In this document: piece after piece, positions 39,154-49,393 of the stretch
Position numbering within the stretch: the stretch's first letter is position 1
Layout: each line of letters opens with the position of its first letter
Source of the DNA: Legionella sp.
Lineage (GTDB): Bacteria; Pseudomonadota; Gammaproteobacteria; Legionellales; Legionellaceae
Direction: 5' to 3'
NCBI GenBank assembly: GCA_013911415.1
Contig: JACETI010000008.1
Span: 31,556 to 95,555 of the forward strand
Length of the DNA stretch: 64,000 nt
Made by a program: the position numbers and the translations under genes
The notes under the pieces: model-generated
Database searches by the model: none
What the model was told of the DNA's origin: nothing
What the model saw: only the letters and a program-made list of their open reading frames with translations

Positions 39154-41717
39154 AAACCTTGCCCTGCGTTTGCTTAAAAAAGGATCTTTTCAGATTATTA
39201 GATGACGGTGCAACGCTAATCACGCCTAATAATCGCTTAAGTAATGCCTTATTGGAAGAGTTTACAAGGCTGAAATATCAGCCTGTTCAAGCAAAGCCCA
39301 TCTGTATCCCCTATCAAGCTTTTTTGCGACAAGCCTTCCAACAACTCTGTCATCAATACCCTTGGGAAGAACATCCTATTCTGCTCAACGCCCAGCAATG
39401 CCGTTTTGCTTGGCAACAAATTCTTTCTCAGGCCTATAACCCCGTAAACGTTGGGCTCTGCGATGCTATTCAAGAAGCATGGATCTCCTGTCATCTATGG
39501 TCCCTTGATTTCTCAAACCCTTTATTTCAATTGACTGAACAAACGGCTTTGTTTCAGAAAGTAGCCACCCTGTTTCAGGAAACCCTCGATAAAAAATCAG
39601 CAATGACTGAAGTCCAGCTTGCTCCGTATCTTTATGAGCATCCCGATTTTATTTTCCCAACCAAAAAAATTGTGTGGGTTTGTTTCGATGACTTCCCTCC
39701 CCAACAAAAAAAATTACAGACAGTGTTATATGAAAGAGGAATTGAACAGTATCAATATGATTTAACGGCAACGGATTTTCCTACGTTTAAACACGAATCA
39801 AAAAATGATGAAGAAGAATGGATGCATTTATTCAGCTGGATAAATCATCGTCTCTCTTTAAATGAAAAACATATTGCCGTTGTCGTGCCTGATCTTGAAG
39901 CCAATTACTCTTTTTTAAAACGCCGCCTATCACAAGAATTTCAACCCGAGCAATGGAATATTTCATTAGGTCAGTCACTTGTTGATCAACCCTTAATCGC
40001 GCATGCACTGTCATGGTTAAAATTAGATACTGGCATCCTTTCGCGTGCTGATGCTCGTTTACTCTTACATTCTCCTTATCTGGTCGGTTCAGAAAAAGAA
40101 TGTTTCACTCGCGCACATTATCTCGAAGAACCGGCAATCTTGAACGCCCCGTTTTTTAACGTAGCGCACTTTATTCGAGTGGTCGCACCCCGCGCCCCTC
40201 TATTAGCAGAAGCTTTATCGCAATTGGAAAGCTACCCCTCTGAAGCATCTTTAGACGAGTGGATCCAACTGTTCTACCAACGTTTATCCCTGCTTGGCTT
40301 CCCCGGCGAATATTCTTTAAACTCAGAAAGTTATCAGGCCTATCAACGTTTAATAACCCTTTTAGATGAATGGATGGCCTTAGCGTTTATTCAAGTCACT
40401 TTTTGCCGAGAAGAAGCCTTGTCTTCCTTAGAAACATTTGCAAGAACAACGCTTTTTCAACCCAAAAAACCGCAGCAAGCGCCCCTGCAAATTTTAGGCT
40501 TACTTGAAGCATCAGGTTGCGAATTTGATAGCCTATGGGTCATGCACGCAACCGAGCAGCAATTACCAAAAGCAAGCCGACTTTCTCCTTTTATTCCTCC
40601 CCAGCTACAACGCGAATTTCAAATGCCGCATGCAACGCCAGAACGAGAAATGCGGCTGGCAGAAAGCATGATCAATCGATTTACTTGCGCAAGTAAATCA
40701 ACTGTCTTCAGTTATTCACGTTTGAGCGGCGAACAACTAAAACGCCCTAGCCCTTTAATCGGGCACTTGCCTAATTTAGATAGCGTTTGCAATGAAGCTG
40801 ACGCCGTCTTGCCGGCTCTACTAGAAATTATCAATGAAGATTATATATTGCCTCTGCAGCCCTCTGAAAAAACAAGAGGAGGTACGAGAGTACTTGCTAC
40901 GCAAGCACAATGTCCCTTTAAAGCTTTTGCCACCCATCGACTCCAGGCGAAAAGCGTACCTTCAACAACAGAAGGCCCTGGTGCTAAAGAACGTGGCCAA
41001 TGGATCCACCGTATACTGGAACGTATTTGGCGTCATTTAAATGATCAAAAAAACCTTTTGGCACTTTCTGAAGCAGAGTTAACACATTTAGTTGGCTCCA
41101 TCACAAAAGAAACGATCGATACTTCTTTGAAGGAGTGGCAAATGAGTTTGTCACCTCTGATACAGGAAATGGAAGAGCAACGTTTAGAAAAACTAACCCA
41201 ATTGGCGCTCGCTTGGGACAAAGAACGCCCACCTTTCGTTGTAGAAGCGGTTGAAGCAGCTTACACAATCAATCTCGGGGGGCTAGAACTCAAAGTTCGT
41301 ATCGATCGTTTAGACCGCTTTGTCGGTGAAAACGAAGAAAAAGCGCTGATTGATTACAAAAGCCAGCTACCCTCTGTCTTGCCGTGGAACGATACCCGCC
41401 CTACAGAGCCACAGTTATTACTTTACTCTTTACTGAACGCAGAGATTACCGCTCTTATTTTTGCTCAACTTAATAACGGCCAATTCGTTTGTCGTGGTCT
41501 CAGCCAAAATGACAACGCTATTCCCGGCGTGAAACCTCTTAAAACTCCTGATGCTTGGGAAGAACAACGCATTTTGTGGAAAGAAGAATTAGACAACTTA
41601 GCAACTGAGTACTTAAGTGGTCGTTGCGAACCCAAGCCAAAGTATCAAACACTTTGCCAACGATGTGATTATCGAAATCTATGTCGAATTGATGCGATCA
41701 AGCTTTCCAATTTATAG
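39150..41717 (+). CDS. PD-(D/E)XK nuclease family protein, AddB-like, with a C-terminal Cys cluster
   Basis: C-terminal nuclease motifs RIDRLDR...ALIDYKS...QLLLYSL, and cysteines CPFKAF...CEPKPKYQTLCQRCDYRNLC (Fe-S staple pattern of AddB-type nucleases). The ATG overlaps the pqiC-like stop (ATGA). Confidence 0.7.
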   Translation: MKTLPCVCLKKDLFRLLDDGATLITPNNRLSNALLEEFTRLKYQPVQAKPICIPYQAFLRQAFQQLCHQYPWEEHPILLNAQQCRFAWQQILSQAYNPVNVGLCDAIQEAWISCHLWSLDFSNPLFQLTEQTALFQKVATLFQETLDKKSAMTEVQLAPYLYEHPDFIFPTKKIVWVCFDDFPPQQKKLQTVLYERGIEQYQYDLTATDFPTFKHESKNDEEEWMHLFSWINHRLSLNEKHIAVVVPDLEANYSFLKRRLSQEFQPEQWNISLGQSLVDQPLIAHALSWLKLDTGILSRADARLLLHSPYLVGSEKECFTRAHYLEEPAILNAPFFNVAHFIRVVAPRAPLLAEALSQLESYPSEASLDEWIQLFYQRLSLLGFPGEYSLNSESYQAYQRLITLLDEWMALAFIQVTFCREEALSSLETFARTTLFQPKKPQQAPLQILGLLEASGCEFDSLWVMHATEQQLPKASRLSPFIPPQLQREFQMPHATPEREMRLAESMINRFTCASKSTVFSYSRLSGEQLKRPSPLIGHLPNLDSVCNEADAVLPALLEIINEDYILPLQPSEKTRGGTRVLATQAQCPFKAFATHRLQAKSVPSTTEGPGAKERGQWIHRILERIWRHLNDQKNLLALSEAELTHLVGSITKETIDTSLKEWQMSLSPLIQEMEEQRLEKLTQLALAWDKERPPFVVEAVEAAYTINLGGLELKVRIDRLDRFVGENEEKALIDYKSQLPSVLPWNDTRPTEPQLLLYSLLNAEITALIFAQLNNGQFVCRGLSQNDNAIPGVKPLKTPDAWEEQRILWKEELDNLATEYLSGRCEPKPKYQTLCQRCDYRNLCRIDAIKLSNL

Positions 41718-42019
41718 GTCGAACCAGATGCTGGAATGAAGTTAGCCAGATAAAACCACCACTGTTGGAAAGATTTTAATCTCGGCCCCCCAATATCGAC
41801 AAAATTGTTAGAAAAACGATCCTTAAAAAACACTCACCTTATATTAGGGGAAAAATTCTGCATGATTTTATTTGCGAGTAAAAATAATGCACAAACACAA
41901 AGCACTCAGGTTTTGACCCAGAGGCACTTGATGATATTGAGCAATAGTATTGCGATCCCTCATCTTTCGCTCAAATCGGATTCATTGTATTTACTTTTGA
42001 AAAAAGAGGGACAACTTAG

Positions 42020-42790
42020 ATGCATGACGTTCTGAAGTGGTTAGTCATTCCAGGGGGGCCCGGTATGTCTAATAATTATCTACAACATACACTTCCAGAG
42101 GCCTTTCCAGAATATAACTTGTTTTTTTATCATCCGTACGGTTCCCCTGAATCAGAAAAGAAAGAGGTAACTATTGAAACAATGGTTCTACAGATAGAAG
42201 AAGCCATTTCTAATTTTTTTCCTTCTGAAGAATTTGGCTTAATTACCCATTCGTTCGGAAATTACCTTGCCCTAAGACTGTTGGAAAAAAATCATAGCCG
42301 ATTGAAAGCCCTTATAATGATTAATCCCATACCTTTCACCTATACAGGCTGGCAAATTGCATTACAAAGTATTATTAAAACAATTCCGGAAGAAATTTTA
42401 ATTCAAGTCAATAGCCTGGCACTTCAGCCCGATCAAGGAACAAACATTTTTCGCCTAATTTATCCTTACTACCTGGGTAATATTGAGCATACCCTACCCA
42501 TGAATATCCCTTTTGATATGGATACGTGTAACTTAATAACATCTAAAATAAGAAATTTTAACGACGATATACATTTAATTTCAAACCCAAATCAACCAAT
42601 CATAAGAATAGTAGGCGCAAAAGATCCTTTTTATGTAGAAAAAGAAATTATGGTTGATAACACGCTGGTATTGAACTCAGTAGGCCATTATCCATTTTTT
42701 GAAGATTACGCGCAATTTATCAACAAAACTCAACAAGTAAAAGAGTTGTTATGTCATTTGTTACGCTTCTCAACAACCATTAGCGGATAG
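42020..42790 (+). CDS. Alpha/beta hydrolase (proline iminopeptidase-like, S33)
   Basis: VIPGGPGMS (GGPG oxyanion motif), nucleophile elbow ITHSFGNYLA, late GHYPFFE (catalytic His). Confidence 0.65.
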   Translation: MHDVLKWLVIPGGPGMSNNYLQHTLPEAFPEYNLFFYHPYGSPESEKKEVTIETMVLQIEEAISNFFPSEEFGLITHSFGNYLALRLLEKNHSRLKALIMINPIPFTYTGWQIALQSIIKTIPEEILIQVNSLALQPDQGTNIFRLIYPYYLGNIEHTLPMNIPFDMDTCNLITSKIRNFNDDIHLISNPNQPIIRIVGAKDPFYVEKEIMVDNTLVLNSVGHYPFFEDYAQFINKTQQVKELLCHLLRFSTTISG

Positions 42791-43898
42791 AGGCCACGAT
42801 ACCTTCCTTTTCAGGGTCTTCTGGGGTACTGTTTAAAGTGTCGTTCAATATTCTTTTGTTTGATTCTAAAACCGAATGTAAAAAATAAGCGAATAAAAGG
42901 ACTGTTAACGCATTAAAATGTATTTTCTCAGTACCGTTATATTTCTGAATCGTGATTGAAACATCTTCAGATGGGTAAACTAGTAGAGATTGATTCAGCT
43001 CTTCAGTCAAAATTGCTTTATTTGCAGCGCAATCAAGCCCATCAAGAACCCTTTCCCCGGTATTCGAATCAAAATATTTGATTATTTTTTTATTATCAGG
43101 GCCAATACATGTCAGGACACCCACCATATGTGAGGTTGAGCCTTGAAGAGGGGCAAAGATAATTTCAGTTAAGCTTTGGGGATGGGTGATTGAGTCCTGT
43201 AAAATTGCATTTATACACTCTTCAGAAACTGAACTCCCATTATTTTTTGTAAACAATTTATCCTTCAATGAAATAGCGATTGATTCACTGAACCACTTTT
43301 TATCTAAAGGAGATAAATTATTTATAGAATTAATAGAAGATATCTGAAGATTCTTAAATGAACACATCTCATTAGCATAGTCATTATGGTATTTCAGCCA
43401 TTTAGAATGAAAAGGAGAAGATTGAATACAAACGAAAGAAGGAAGTCGTTGGAATATTTGCATACTTTCGACATCCTCAAATACACGACGCTGATGAGGA
43501 GAAAAGTGTTTAAAACTATAAAACTTAAATTCTTCTAATAGATCTTTATTACTCAATTGCGATAAATACCAATAGCGCGTCAACCCTGCACAGATTCCAC
43601 TGTAGGACTTAAATGGCACCTTCGCTGAAGAAAAAGACCCTGACATTCTAATATTGAATAAAAGATCGTATTGCTTAAAAGATCGTTTGTTTTCTGAAGG
43701 AGCATGAAAAAAAGTCCCTTTCATTTTTGCTAAATCTTGTCCATTGATTGTCTTTAGAGTAACAAAATTGTTATGTACTCGATGGTAGCTGTCCAGAAAC
43801 CTCTTCCGGGCTGCACACTGAAATTTAAGTACACTAACGATACAAAGTTTTTCTATATGAGTCAGTTTAAGAAACTCTTGAGAAGGTTTCATAGCCAT
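42780..43898 (-). CDS. Second YopT-like cysteine protease (peptidase C58) candidate, 372 aa
   Basis: YSGICAGLTRYWYL (Cys103 codon 43590-43592), TSHMVGVL (His257, 43128-43130), KYFDSNTGERV (Asp277, 43068-43070). Same three blocks as the 385-aa ORF at 30963-32120. Confidence 0.6.
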   Translation of the reverse strand: MAMKPSQEFLKLTHIEKLCIVSVLKFQCAARKRFLDSYHRVHNNFVTLKTINGQDLAKMKGTFFHAPSENKRSFKQYDLLFNIRMSGSFSSAKVPFKSYSGICAGLTRYWYLSQLSNKDLLEEFKFYSFKHFSPHQRRVFEDVESMQIFQRLPSFVCIQSSPFHSKWLKYHNDYANEMCSFKNLQISSINSINNLSPLDKKWFSESIAISLKDKLFTKNNGSSVSEECINAILQDSITHPQSLTEIIFAPLQGSTSHMVGVLTCIGPDNKKIIKYFDSNTGERVLDGLDCAANKAILTEELNQSLLVYPSEDVSITIQKYNGTEKIHFNALTVLLFAYFLHSVLESNKRILNDTLNSTPEDPEKEGIVASIR

Positions 43899-44089
43899 CC
43901 AATAAAAACCATATTTGTATAATTTTATATCTTAAAGATATAAAAATAAAATATATCATTATATTTTTTATTTATTTTTCAAATTTCTTTCAAAAGCTCA
44001 ATAATGATCACGCCTAATGGAAGATATTCTCGTTGCTAAGAGGTGGGGGTTTAATGTAAGCGGAATATAAACGTAATGGTTATAAAGTC

Positions 44090-44431
44090 ATGGGTTATGA
44101 ATACATCGAAGATACAATCGATCATATGAAAACAAAAAAGATTCCAGTAAGGAAAATAGATTTAAATCATTTTAAAAATGAGAAACTCACCTACGAAGAA
44201 AACTTGCAAGAAAATTTGAAAGATCAAACTAATAACTTTGCAATTCGTATTTTGAACTACTTACAGCCTGAAGCACTCAGATTATTAATGCTTTCATTAA
44301 TGAATTTTATCGCTAAAGGTTCTAAATTTAGAATAGTTGAGGGCGTAACCGCACATAACCAAGCTAATTTTTATGCTTTTTTATGGGGGCTAGAGAGAGC
44401 AGAACGCGAATCCAAAACCACTACCTGCTAG
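44090..44431 (+). CDS. Orphan 113-aa protein
   Basis: Only an ORF in an AT-rich region divergent from the C58 paralogue. No clear Shine-Dalgarno and no motif. Ends ...ERAERESKTTTC. Confidence 0.35.
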   Translation: MGYEYIEDTIDHMKTKKIPVRKIDLNHFKNEKLTYEENLQENLKDQTNNFAIRILNYLQPEALRLLMLSLMNFIAKGSKFRIVEGVTAHNQANFYAFLWGLERAERESKTTTC

Positions 44432-44474
44432 CAGGGCGCTACAAATATAACAGTAGCGCGCCCAAAGAAAAAAA

Positions 44475-44675
44475 TTAACTGTTAGAGCTATCTGTTAATT
44501 CATCAACTCTTTCTCCTGCTTTTTGTGCAGGGCCTTTGTTTTCTATTTTATCTTGTACTTTTTCAACGGCATTATCAATTTTGCGACCCTTTTTCTCAGC
44601 AGGACCTTCGTGGCAAGCTGTTAAAAAAGCCATCGTCAACACAGTTGCGATTGTCATTTGTATAAGTTTTTTCAT
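44475..44675 (-). CDS. Small lipoprotein with a charged helical mature part
   Basis: MKKLIQMTIATVLTMAFLTAC (lipobox LTAC), followed by 45 Lys/Glu-rich residues. Confidence 0.55.
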   Translation of the reverse strand: MKKLIQMTIATVLTMAFLTACHEGPAEKKGRKIDNAVEKVQDKIENKGPAQKAGERVDELTDSSNS

Positions 44676-44908
44676 TATTCCTCCGAAACATTTAATAACT
44701 GTTTAAACACATGATCAAATTGAAATCAATCTGTAAATCATAGACTGATTAAAAAATAATACTTTGACTAAGTAGCATACTCATCTCTTTGATTTTTTTC
44801 AATATCAAAGAATAAATAAAGGATCATAATTAATAATCAACGGTTAGGATGGCACTCTTTTTTTCACTGACACGTAGAAATACTTGCAAAATAGAGAAGG
44901 TACAGCTT

Positions 44909-45883
44909 CTAAGCACGTTGAAAATCAAAAGCCAAACCAGTTGCGATTGTGTCATGCTTCAATCGAAGCGTTAGAAGTCGATCAACACCCAGCGCTATTC
45001 CACTACAAGACGGTAATCCATGTTCCAGCGCTTGTAACAAATACTGATCCGGAGCCATGAAATTCAAATCTCGCATTTGCCTGGTATGAACGTCTGCTGA
45101 AAATCGTTTCGATTGCAGTATCGGATCGGTCAGTTCGTGAAATCCGTTAGCAAGTTCCACACCTCGATAATAGACTTCGAAACGTTCTGCCACACCATTT
45201 TTTACTTTCGCTAAAGAGGCTTGCGATGGGGGAAAATGATATATAACCACAGGGCTTTCAATTTTAGCAAGGGCAGGTTCAATTACATGGCTCATGAGTA
45301 AAAATAGGTAGGGATCCACTTCTACCTCGTCTTCAGGTAATACATCTCCTAAGCCAAAAGATACAACACAATCTTGCAATGATTTGAGCGTCATTGTTTT
45401 ATCAAAAGGATCGATATTACAAATGTCTTGAAAAGCAGCTTGATATGATTGACGAACCAGCGGTTGACAACCCAAGCAACGTTGTAAAAATTGGTCAACT
45501 TCATCCATCAGTTGAAAATGATCGCTCTCTAAACGATACCACTCAAGTAAGGTAAACTCGGGATTATGCCATCGACCTAGCTCATCATCTCGGAAAACTC
45601 GCGCAATTTGAAAAATAGGCCCACTTCCAGCGGCTAAAAGACGCTTCATGTGATATTCAGGCGAGGTTTGTAAGTAATAATCTTCCCCTTGAAGATAGGC
45701 TTTAATATTACTGAGGTAAGGTTCTGTTACACCGTAACGGCCTAAAATGGGTGTTTCAACTTCAAGATATCCTCGATCTGAGAAAAAATCACGAATTTCA
45801 CCTAATAAACGCGCCCGATGTTGCAGCGTTTTTATCGTCGCCGAGGGGCGCCACACTGAAGTATTTGATTTTTCCATGAGCAT
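44909..45883 (-). CDS. epmA: EF-P (R)-beta-lysine ligase (truncated class II LysRS paralogue)
   Basis: FFSDRGYLEVETPIL, QTSPEYHMKRLLAAG, FRDDELGRWHNPEFTLLEWY, GIALGVDRL. ~324 aa with no anticodon domain. Confidence 0.9.
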   Translation of the reverse strand: MLMEKSNTSVWRPSATIKTLQHRARLLGEIRDFFSDRGYLEVETPILGRYGVTEPYLSNIKAYLQGEDYYLQTSPEYHMKRLLAAGSGPIFQIARVFRDDELGRWHNPEFTLLEWYRLESDHFQLMDEVDQFLQRCLGCQPLVRQSYQAAFQDICNIDPFDKTMTLKSLQDCVVSFGLGDVLPEDEVEVDPYLFLLMSHVIEPALAKIESPVVIYHFPPSQASLAKVKNGVAERFEVYYRGVELANGFHELTDPILQSKRFSADVHTRQMRDLNFMAPDQYLLQALEHGLPSCSGIALGVDRLLTLRLKHDTIATGLAFDFQRA

Positions 45884-45923
45884 AAATAACAGTGAACTAA
45901 TAAGTAAGAATTAACAAACAGAG

Positions 45924-46262
45924 CTAATAAAACATCCCTAGTTCGAGCCGGGCAACTTCCGACATCCGGTCTTGAGTCCAGGGTGGATCCCATACCAGCT
46001 CGACTGTGCAATCACTGATCTCTTCCACTTGATTGACAGCCTGCTCTACTGTTCCAGGAAAAGTTTGAGCGACGGGGCAACCAGGGCTCGTCAAACTCAT
46101 TTTAATATGCACGTGATCAGCTTCATCGATTGAAACGTCGTAAATTAAACCTAAATCATAAATGTTGACAGGAATTTCGGGATCAAAAACTGTTTTTAAA
46201 GCAGTTATCACTTTTTCTTCAAGCATCGCTTGCCTTTTTTTCTGTCTCATTTTTTTTAACAT
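45924..46262 (-). CDS. DUF59 / SufT-like Fe-S assembly protein
   Basis: VFDPEIPVNIYDLGLIYDV...MSLTSPGCPVAQ. The true start may be the internal MLEEKV. Confidence 0.8.
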   Translation of the reverse strand: MLKKMRQKKRQAMLEEKVITALKTVFDPEIPVNIYDLGLIYDVSIDEADHVHIKMSLTSPGCPVAQTFPGTVEQAVNQVEEISDCTVELVWDPPWTQDRMSEVARLELGMFY

Positions 46263-46346
46263 GCTTCATTGACTCATTTCAGAAAACAACAAGTTAAATA
46301 GGGAAACATCCTGGGCACAGCAAGTTAATCTAGAATGACAATATTA

Positions 46347-46802
46347 CTATTCTGTCGTAACCGTTTCTGCCGCCTCTTGTAAAGCCGCTTCCAGGGTGTG
46401 CCAAGCCAGTGTAGCACACTTCACGCGAGCAGGATAAAGTTTCACCCCTTCTAAAATCATCAACTTGTCTAATTGATAGCTCGGTTTTTCAAGACCTTGC
46501 ACGGGCTTATCGGTCATGAACCCATGAAATTGTCGAAATAATTTTTCAGCTTCTTCTCGTGTTTTTCCCATCAAAGCTTCTGTCATTAACGACGCGGACG
46601 CTTGGGAAATAGCGCAACCAGACCCTAAGAAACTGACTTCTTTAATGTAATTTCCTTCAAAACGAATATAAATGGTTAACTGATCGCCACATAAAGGGTT
46701 GAACCCTCTGGCTTGGGCAGTTGCCTCTTCCATGCAGTAGTGGTTCCGTGGATTACGATTATGATCCAGAATGGTTTCTTGATATAACTCACGTAAGTCC
46801 AT
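46347..46802 (-). CDS. sufU: SUF-system NifU/IscU-like scaffold (SufU type)
   Basis: LYQETILDHNRNPRN, NPLCGD, GSGCAISQASASLM, ARVKCATLAW. ATG at 46802. Confidence 0.85.
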   Translation of the reverse strand: MDLRELYQETILDHNRNPRNHYCMEEATAQARGFNPLCGDQLTIYIRFEGNYIKEVSFLGSGCAISQASASLMTEALMGKTREEAEKLFRQFHGFMTDKPVQGLEKPSYQLDKLMILEGVKLYPARVKCATLAWHTLEAALQEAAETVTTE

Positions 46803-47141
46803 CAAATTGAGTACCTCGCTATCAACGATTTCGCAATTACAGCCATCGCGTGTCTATGGTGATAGAAGAACAGCCAAAAAATTAGCGTGAGATAGTGCCA
46901 TTAAAAAAATGGTGGCTTTAAGCTCTATTCTCAGTTAAAACATAAACTGTTAGTCTTCGTTAAACTCTACATTATACCCTATTGCCCTTATCACGAAAGA
47001 CTCTTAACGCTAATGTCATCCGGTTTTATTCTTCGAAAAAACAAATTTAGTACGGATTCGTGGCATATAACTTTAGAAAATGGCCGATTTTTTCATCAAG
47101 TCTATCTTTAATTATACACCATCACCTCGAAAACCTAGATT

Positions 47142-47894
47142 TTAGGCAAATCCTAATGCGGGCGTCTTTTCAATTTCTTGCTCTACAGGGGGAGGAAACC
47201 ATTTTCTAATTTCATTAAATAAATCATTTACTTTTGTTGGTAACGGTTCAATTACTTCTTCAGGTTGTTGTTTTGCTCTCTGTTGCGTCTTCATAATAAA
47301 GTGTACGAGCTTTAGAATATTTTTTTTCAATCCATGAAAAAAGTCGTCACAACCTTTCTGATTTAGATATTGCCGAGTTTTTTCAATCAGCGATAAGCTA
47401 TTATATTTAAACAGCTGGGTCGCTTTTTTTACATGTACCTCTGCATTTGCTAGCGCATTTGCTTTTTCTTTTAGTTTTGTTATCTGAAAACCTACAAAGT
47501 TTCTTGCTTTAAAGTCTAATCCATTTTTTTCGAGAGAGTCCAAATCTAATGCGTCAAAACTTTTTGTGATTACCTCCATCAATGGCCGAGGTGAGCCTTC
47601 AAAAACAAGGCCTGTGCCAACGTGGATCTGTCTTTGCAGAAACTCTAGATCTATCACACAGGACATCAGTTGATCATAGAAAGCCCCTCTGCACTTATCA
47701 TAGTTTTTAAGAGATTTCTTGAGTTCTTTATGCTCGTTTGTTAACCCCCTATAAAGCAATTCGAGCGCTCTTTTTTTATGCGATGATACATCCATCTCTT
47801 TATCTTTAGGACGGAGCAAACCTACTTGTAACATTAATTGACTGTAGCGTTGATTGATAGGGTATTTATCAGGGTAAAGAGTAGGTTTAGGCAT
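47142..47894 (-). CDS. Orphan ~250-aa helical protein inserted inside the suf operon
   Basis: Clean ORF, AT-rich, no motif recognised. C-terminus ...PPPVEQEIEKTPALGFA. Separated from sufS by 250 nt and from sufU by 339 nt of AT-rich spacer. ATG at 47894 preferred over TTG at 47915. Confidence 0.5.
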   Translation of the reverse strand: MPKPTLYPDKYPINQRYSQLMLQVGLLRPKDKEMDVSSHKKRALELLYRGLTNEHKELKKSLKNYDKCRGAFYDQLMSCVIDLEFLQRQIHVGTGLVFEGSPRPLMEVITKSFDALDLDSLEKNGLDFKARNFVGFQITKLKEKANALANAEVHVKKATQLFKYNSLSLIEKTRQYLNQKGCDDFFHGLKKNILKLVHFIMKTQQRAKQQPEEVIEPLPTKVNDLFNEIRKWFPPPVEQEIEKTPALGFA

Positions 47895-48165
47895 AAAATC
47901 AACTATGAAAAACAAGGAGCGTAATATTAACAGTGTATGTAAATAACGTCCAATAAAGATCTTTAATGACTTTAATGAAGTTCAGTTAATTCTAAGATGT
48001 AATAAAAGAATTATTTTAACCGTTGACAATACACTGGCTGATAATAAATGAATCGTTCTGTGGTTTTTAAAAAAATATTAACCAGCGCGCTTGGCTATAA
48101 TTGTGTTGTAGCAACACTGAGCCAGAAATAAATGATTCGGTGTCGCTTTAATAGAATTAAGGCAA

Positions 48166-49380
48166 TTAGAGAAATACTTTCTTTGCACTCTCTAGCGCTT
48201 GGATAAGTTTATCAATCTCAGCTTTATGATTATAAAAAGAAAAAGATACACGACAGCTTGACGAAACCTCAAAGAAATCCATTAATGGCATGGCGCAATG
48301 ATGACCGCTACGCGCTGCTATCCCTTCATTATCGAGCGCAGTGCCTAGATCGTGAGCATGGATTTTTCCATGCACAAAGGTAATCATGGACACTTTTTCT
48401 TTGGCTGTACCAATTAAGTTAAATCCCTTAATGCTTTCCATGCCAGAACGTGCGTAATCTAATAGGGCAGTTTCATAGGCTCGGACTTCTTCTATATTTA
48501 AAGATTCTAAATAATCAATTGCTGCACCTAGGCCGATAACCCCTGCAATGTTTGGTGTACCTGCCTCAAATTTATAAGGCAATGGTGCATATTCCGTTTT
48601 TGCAAAGGTCACATAGTTGATCATTTCCCCACCACCTTGGTAAGGAATCATTTCGTCGAGAAAAGATTCTCGACCCCATAGAACACCGATCCCCGTAGGT
48701 CCGTACATTTTATGAGCGGAAAAAGCATAAAAGTCACAGCCTAGATCTTGGACGTCGATATCAAGATGTGCATTTGCCTGAGCCCCATCAACTAACACTG
48801 GGATACCTCTTGCATGCGCCAATTCAACCATTTTCTTAACAGGATTAACGGTGCCTAAGACATTGGATACGTAGCTTATTGCAACAAATTTCGTCTTTTC
48901 ATTTAGCCTTTTTTCAAATTCATCCAATAAAATTTCGCCTTCAATGGAAATGGGAGCAATTTGGAGATTCGCACCCGTCTGCTGGCAAATCATTTGCCAA
49001 GGAACAATATTGGAATGGTGCTCCATTTGAGAAATTAATATTTCATCACCTGGAAGAAGACGTGAGGCTACAAAACTTTGAGCAACTAAATTAATCGCTT
49101 CGGTTGTGCCACGCACAAAAATACATTCTTTTACGGACTTTGCATGAATAAAACGTCGTACTTTGTCGCGCACAGCTTCAAAATGTTCGGTTGCACGGGC
49201 GCTTAAGGCATGAACACTGCGGTGCACATTGGCATTATCTTCGTAATAGTAATGCGTAATCGCATCAATAACCGCTTTGGGTTTTTGAGTTGTAGCCGCA
49301 TTATCAAAATAAATGAGTGGATATCCATTCATTGATTGTTTAAGAATAGGGAAATCATCCCGGATTATTTCAAAATCCAT
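48166..49380 (-). CDS. sufS: Cysteine desulfurase SufS (group II)
   Basis: DFPIL, YFDNAATTQKP, SAHKMYGPTGIGVLWG (PLP Lys), RSGHHCAMPL (active-site Cys loop). The ATG at 49380 (MDFEIIRDDFPIL) sits 9 nt after AAGGA; the track ORF starts at 49407. Confidence 0.93.
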   Translation of the reverse strand: MDFEIIRDDFPILKQSMNGYPLIYFDNAATTQKPKAVIDAITHYYYEDNANVHRSVHALSARATEHFEAVRDKVRRFIHAKSVKECIFVRGTTEAINLVAQSFVASRLLPGDEILISQMEHHSNIVPWQMICQQTGANLQIAPISIEGEILLDEFEKRLNEKTKFVAISYVSNVLGTVNPVKKMVELAHARGIPVLVDGAQANAHLDIDVQDLGCDFYAFSAHKMYGPTGIGVLWGRESFLDEMIPYQGGGEMINYVTFAKTEYAPLPYKFEAGTPNIAGVIGLGAAIDYLESLNIEEVRAYETALLDYARSGMESIKGFNLIGTAKEKVSMITFVHGKIHAHDLGTALDNEGIAARSGHHCAMPLMDFFEVSSSCRVSFSFYNHKAEIDKLIQALESAKKVFL

Positions 49381-49393
49381 GATCGTCATTCCT

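Noticed and set aside
41805-42035. 76-aa ORF upstream of the alpha/beta hydrolase.
   Set aside because: Non-ATG start, no motif, and it overlaps the hydrolase start. It probably lies in the untranslated leader or promoter region.
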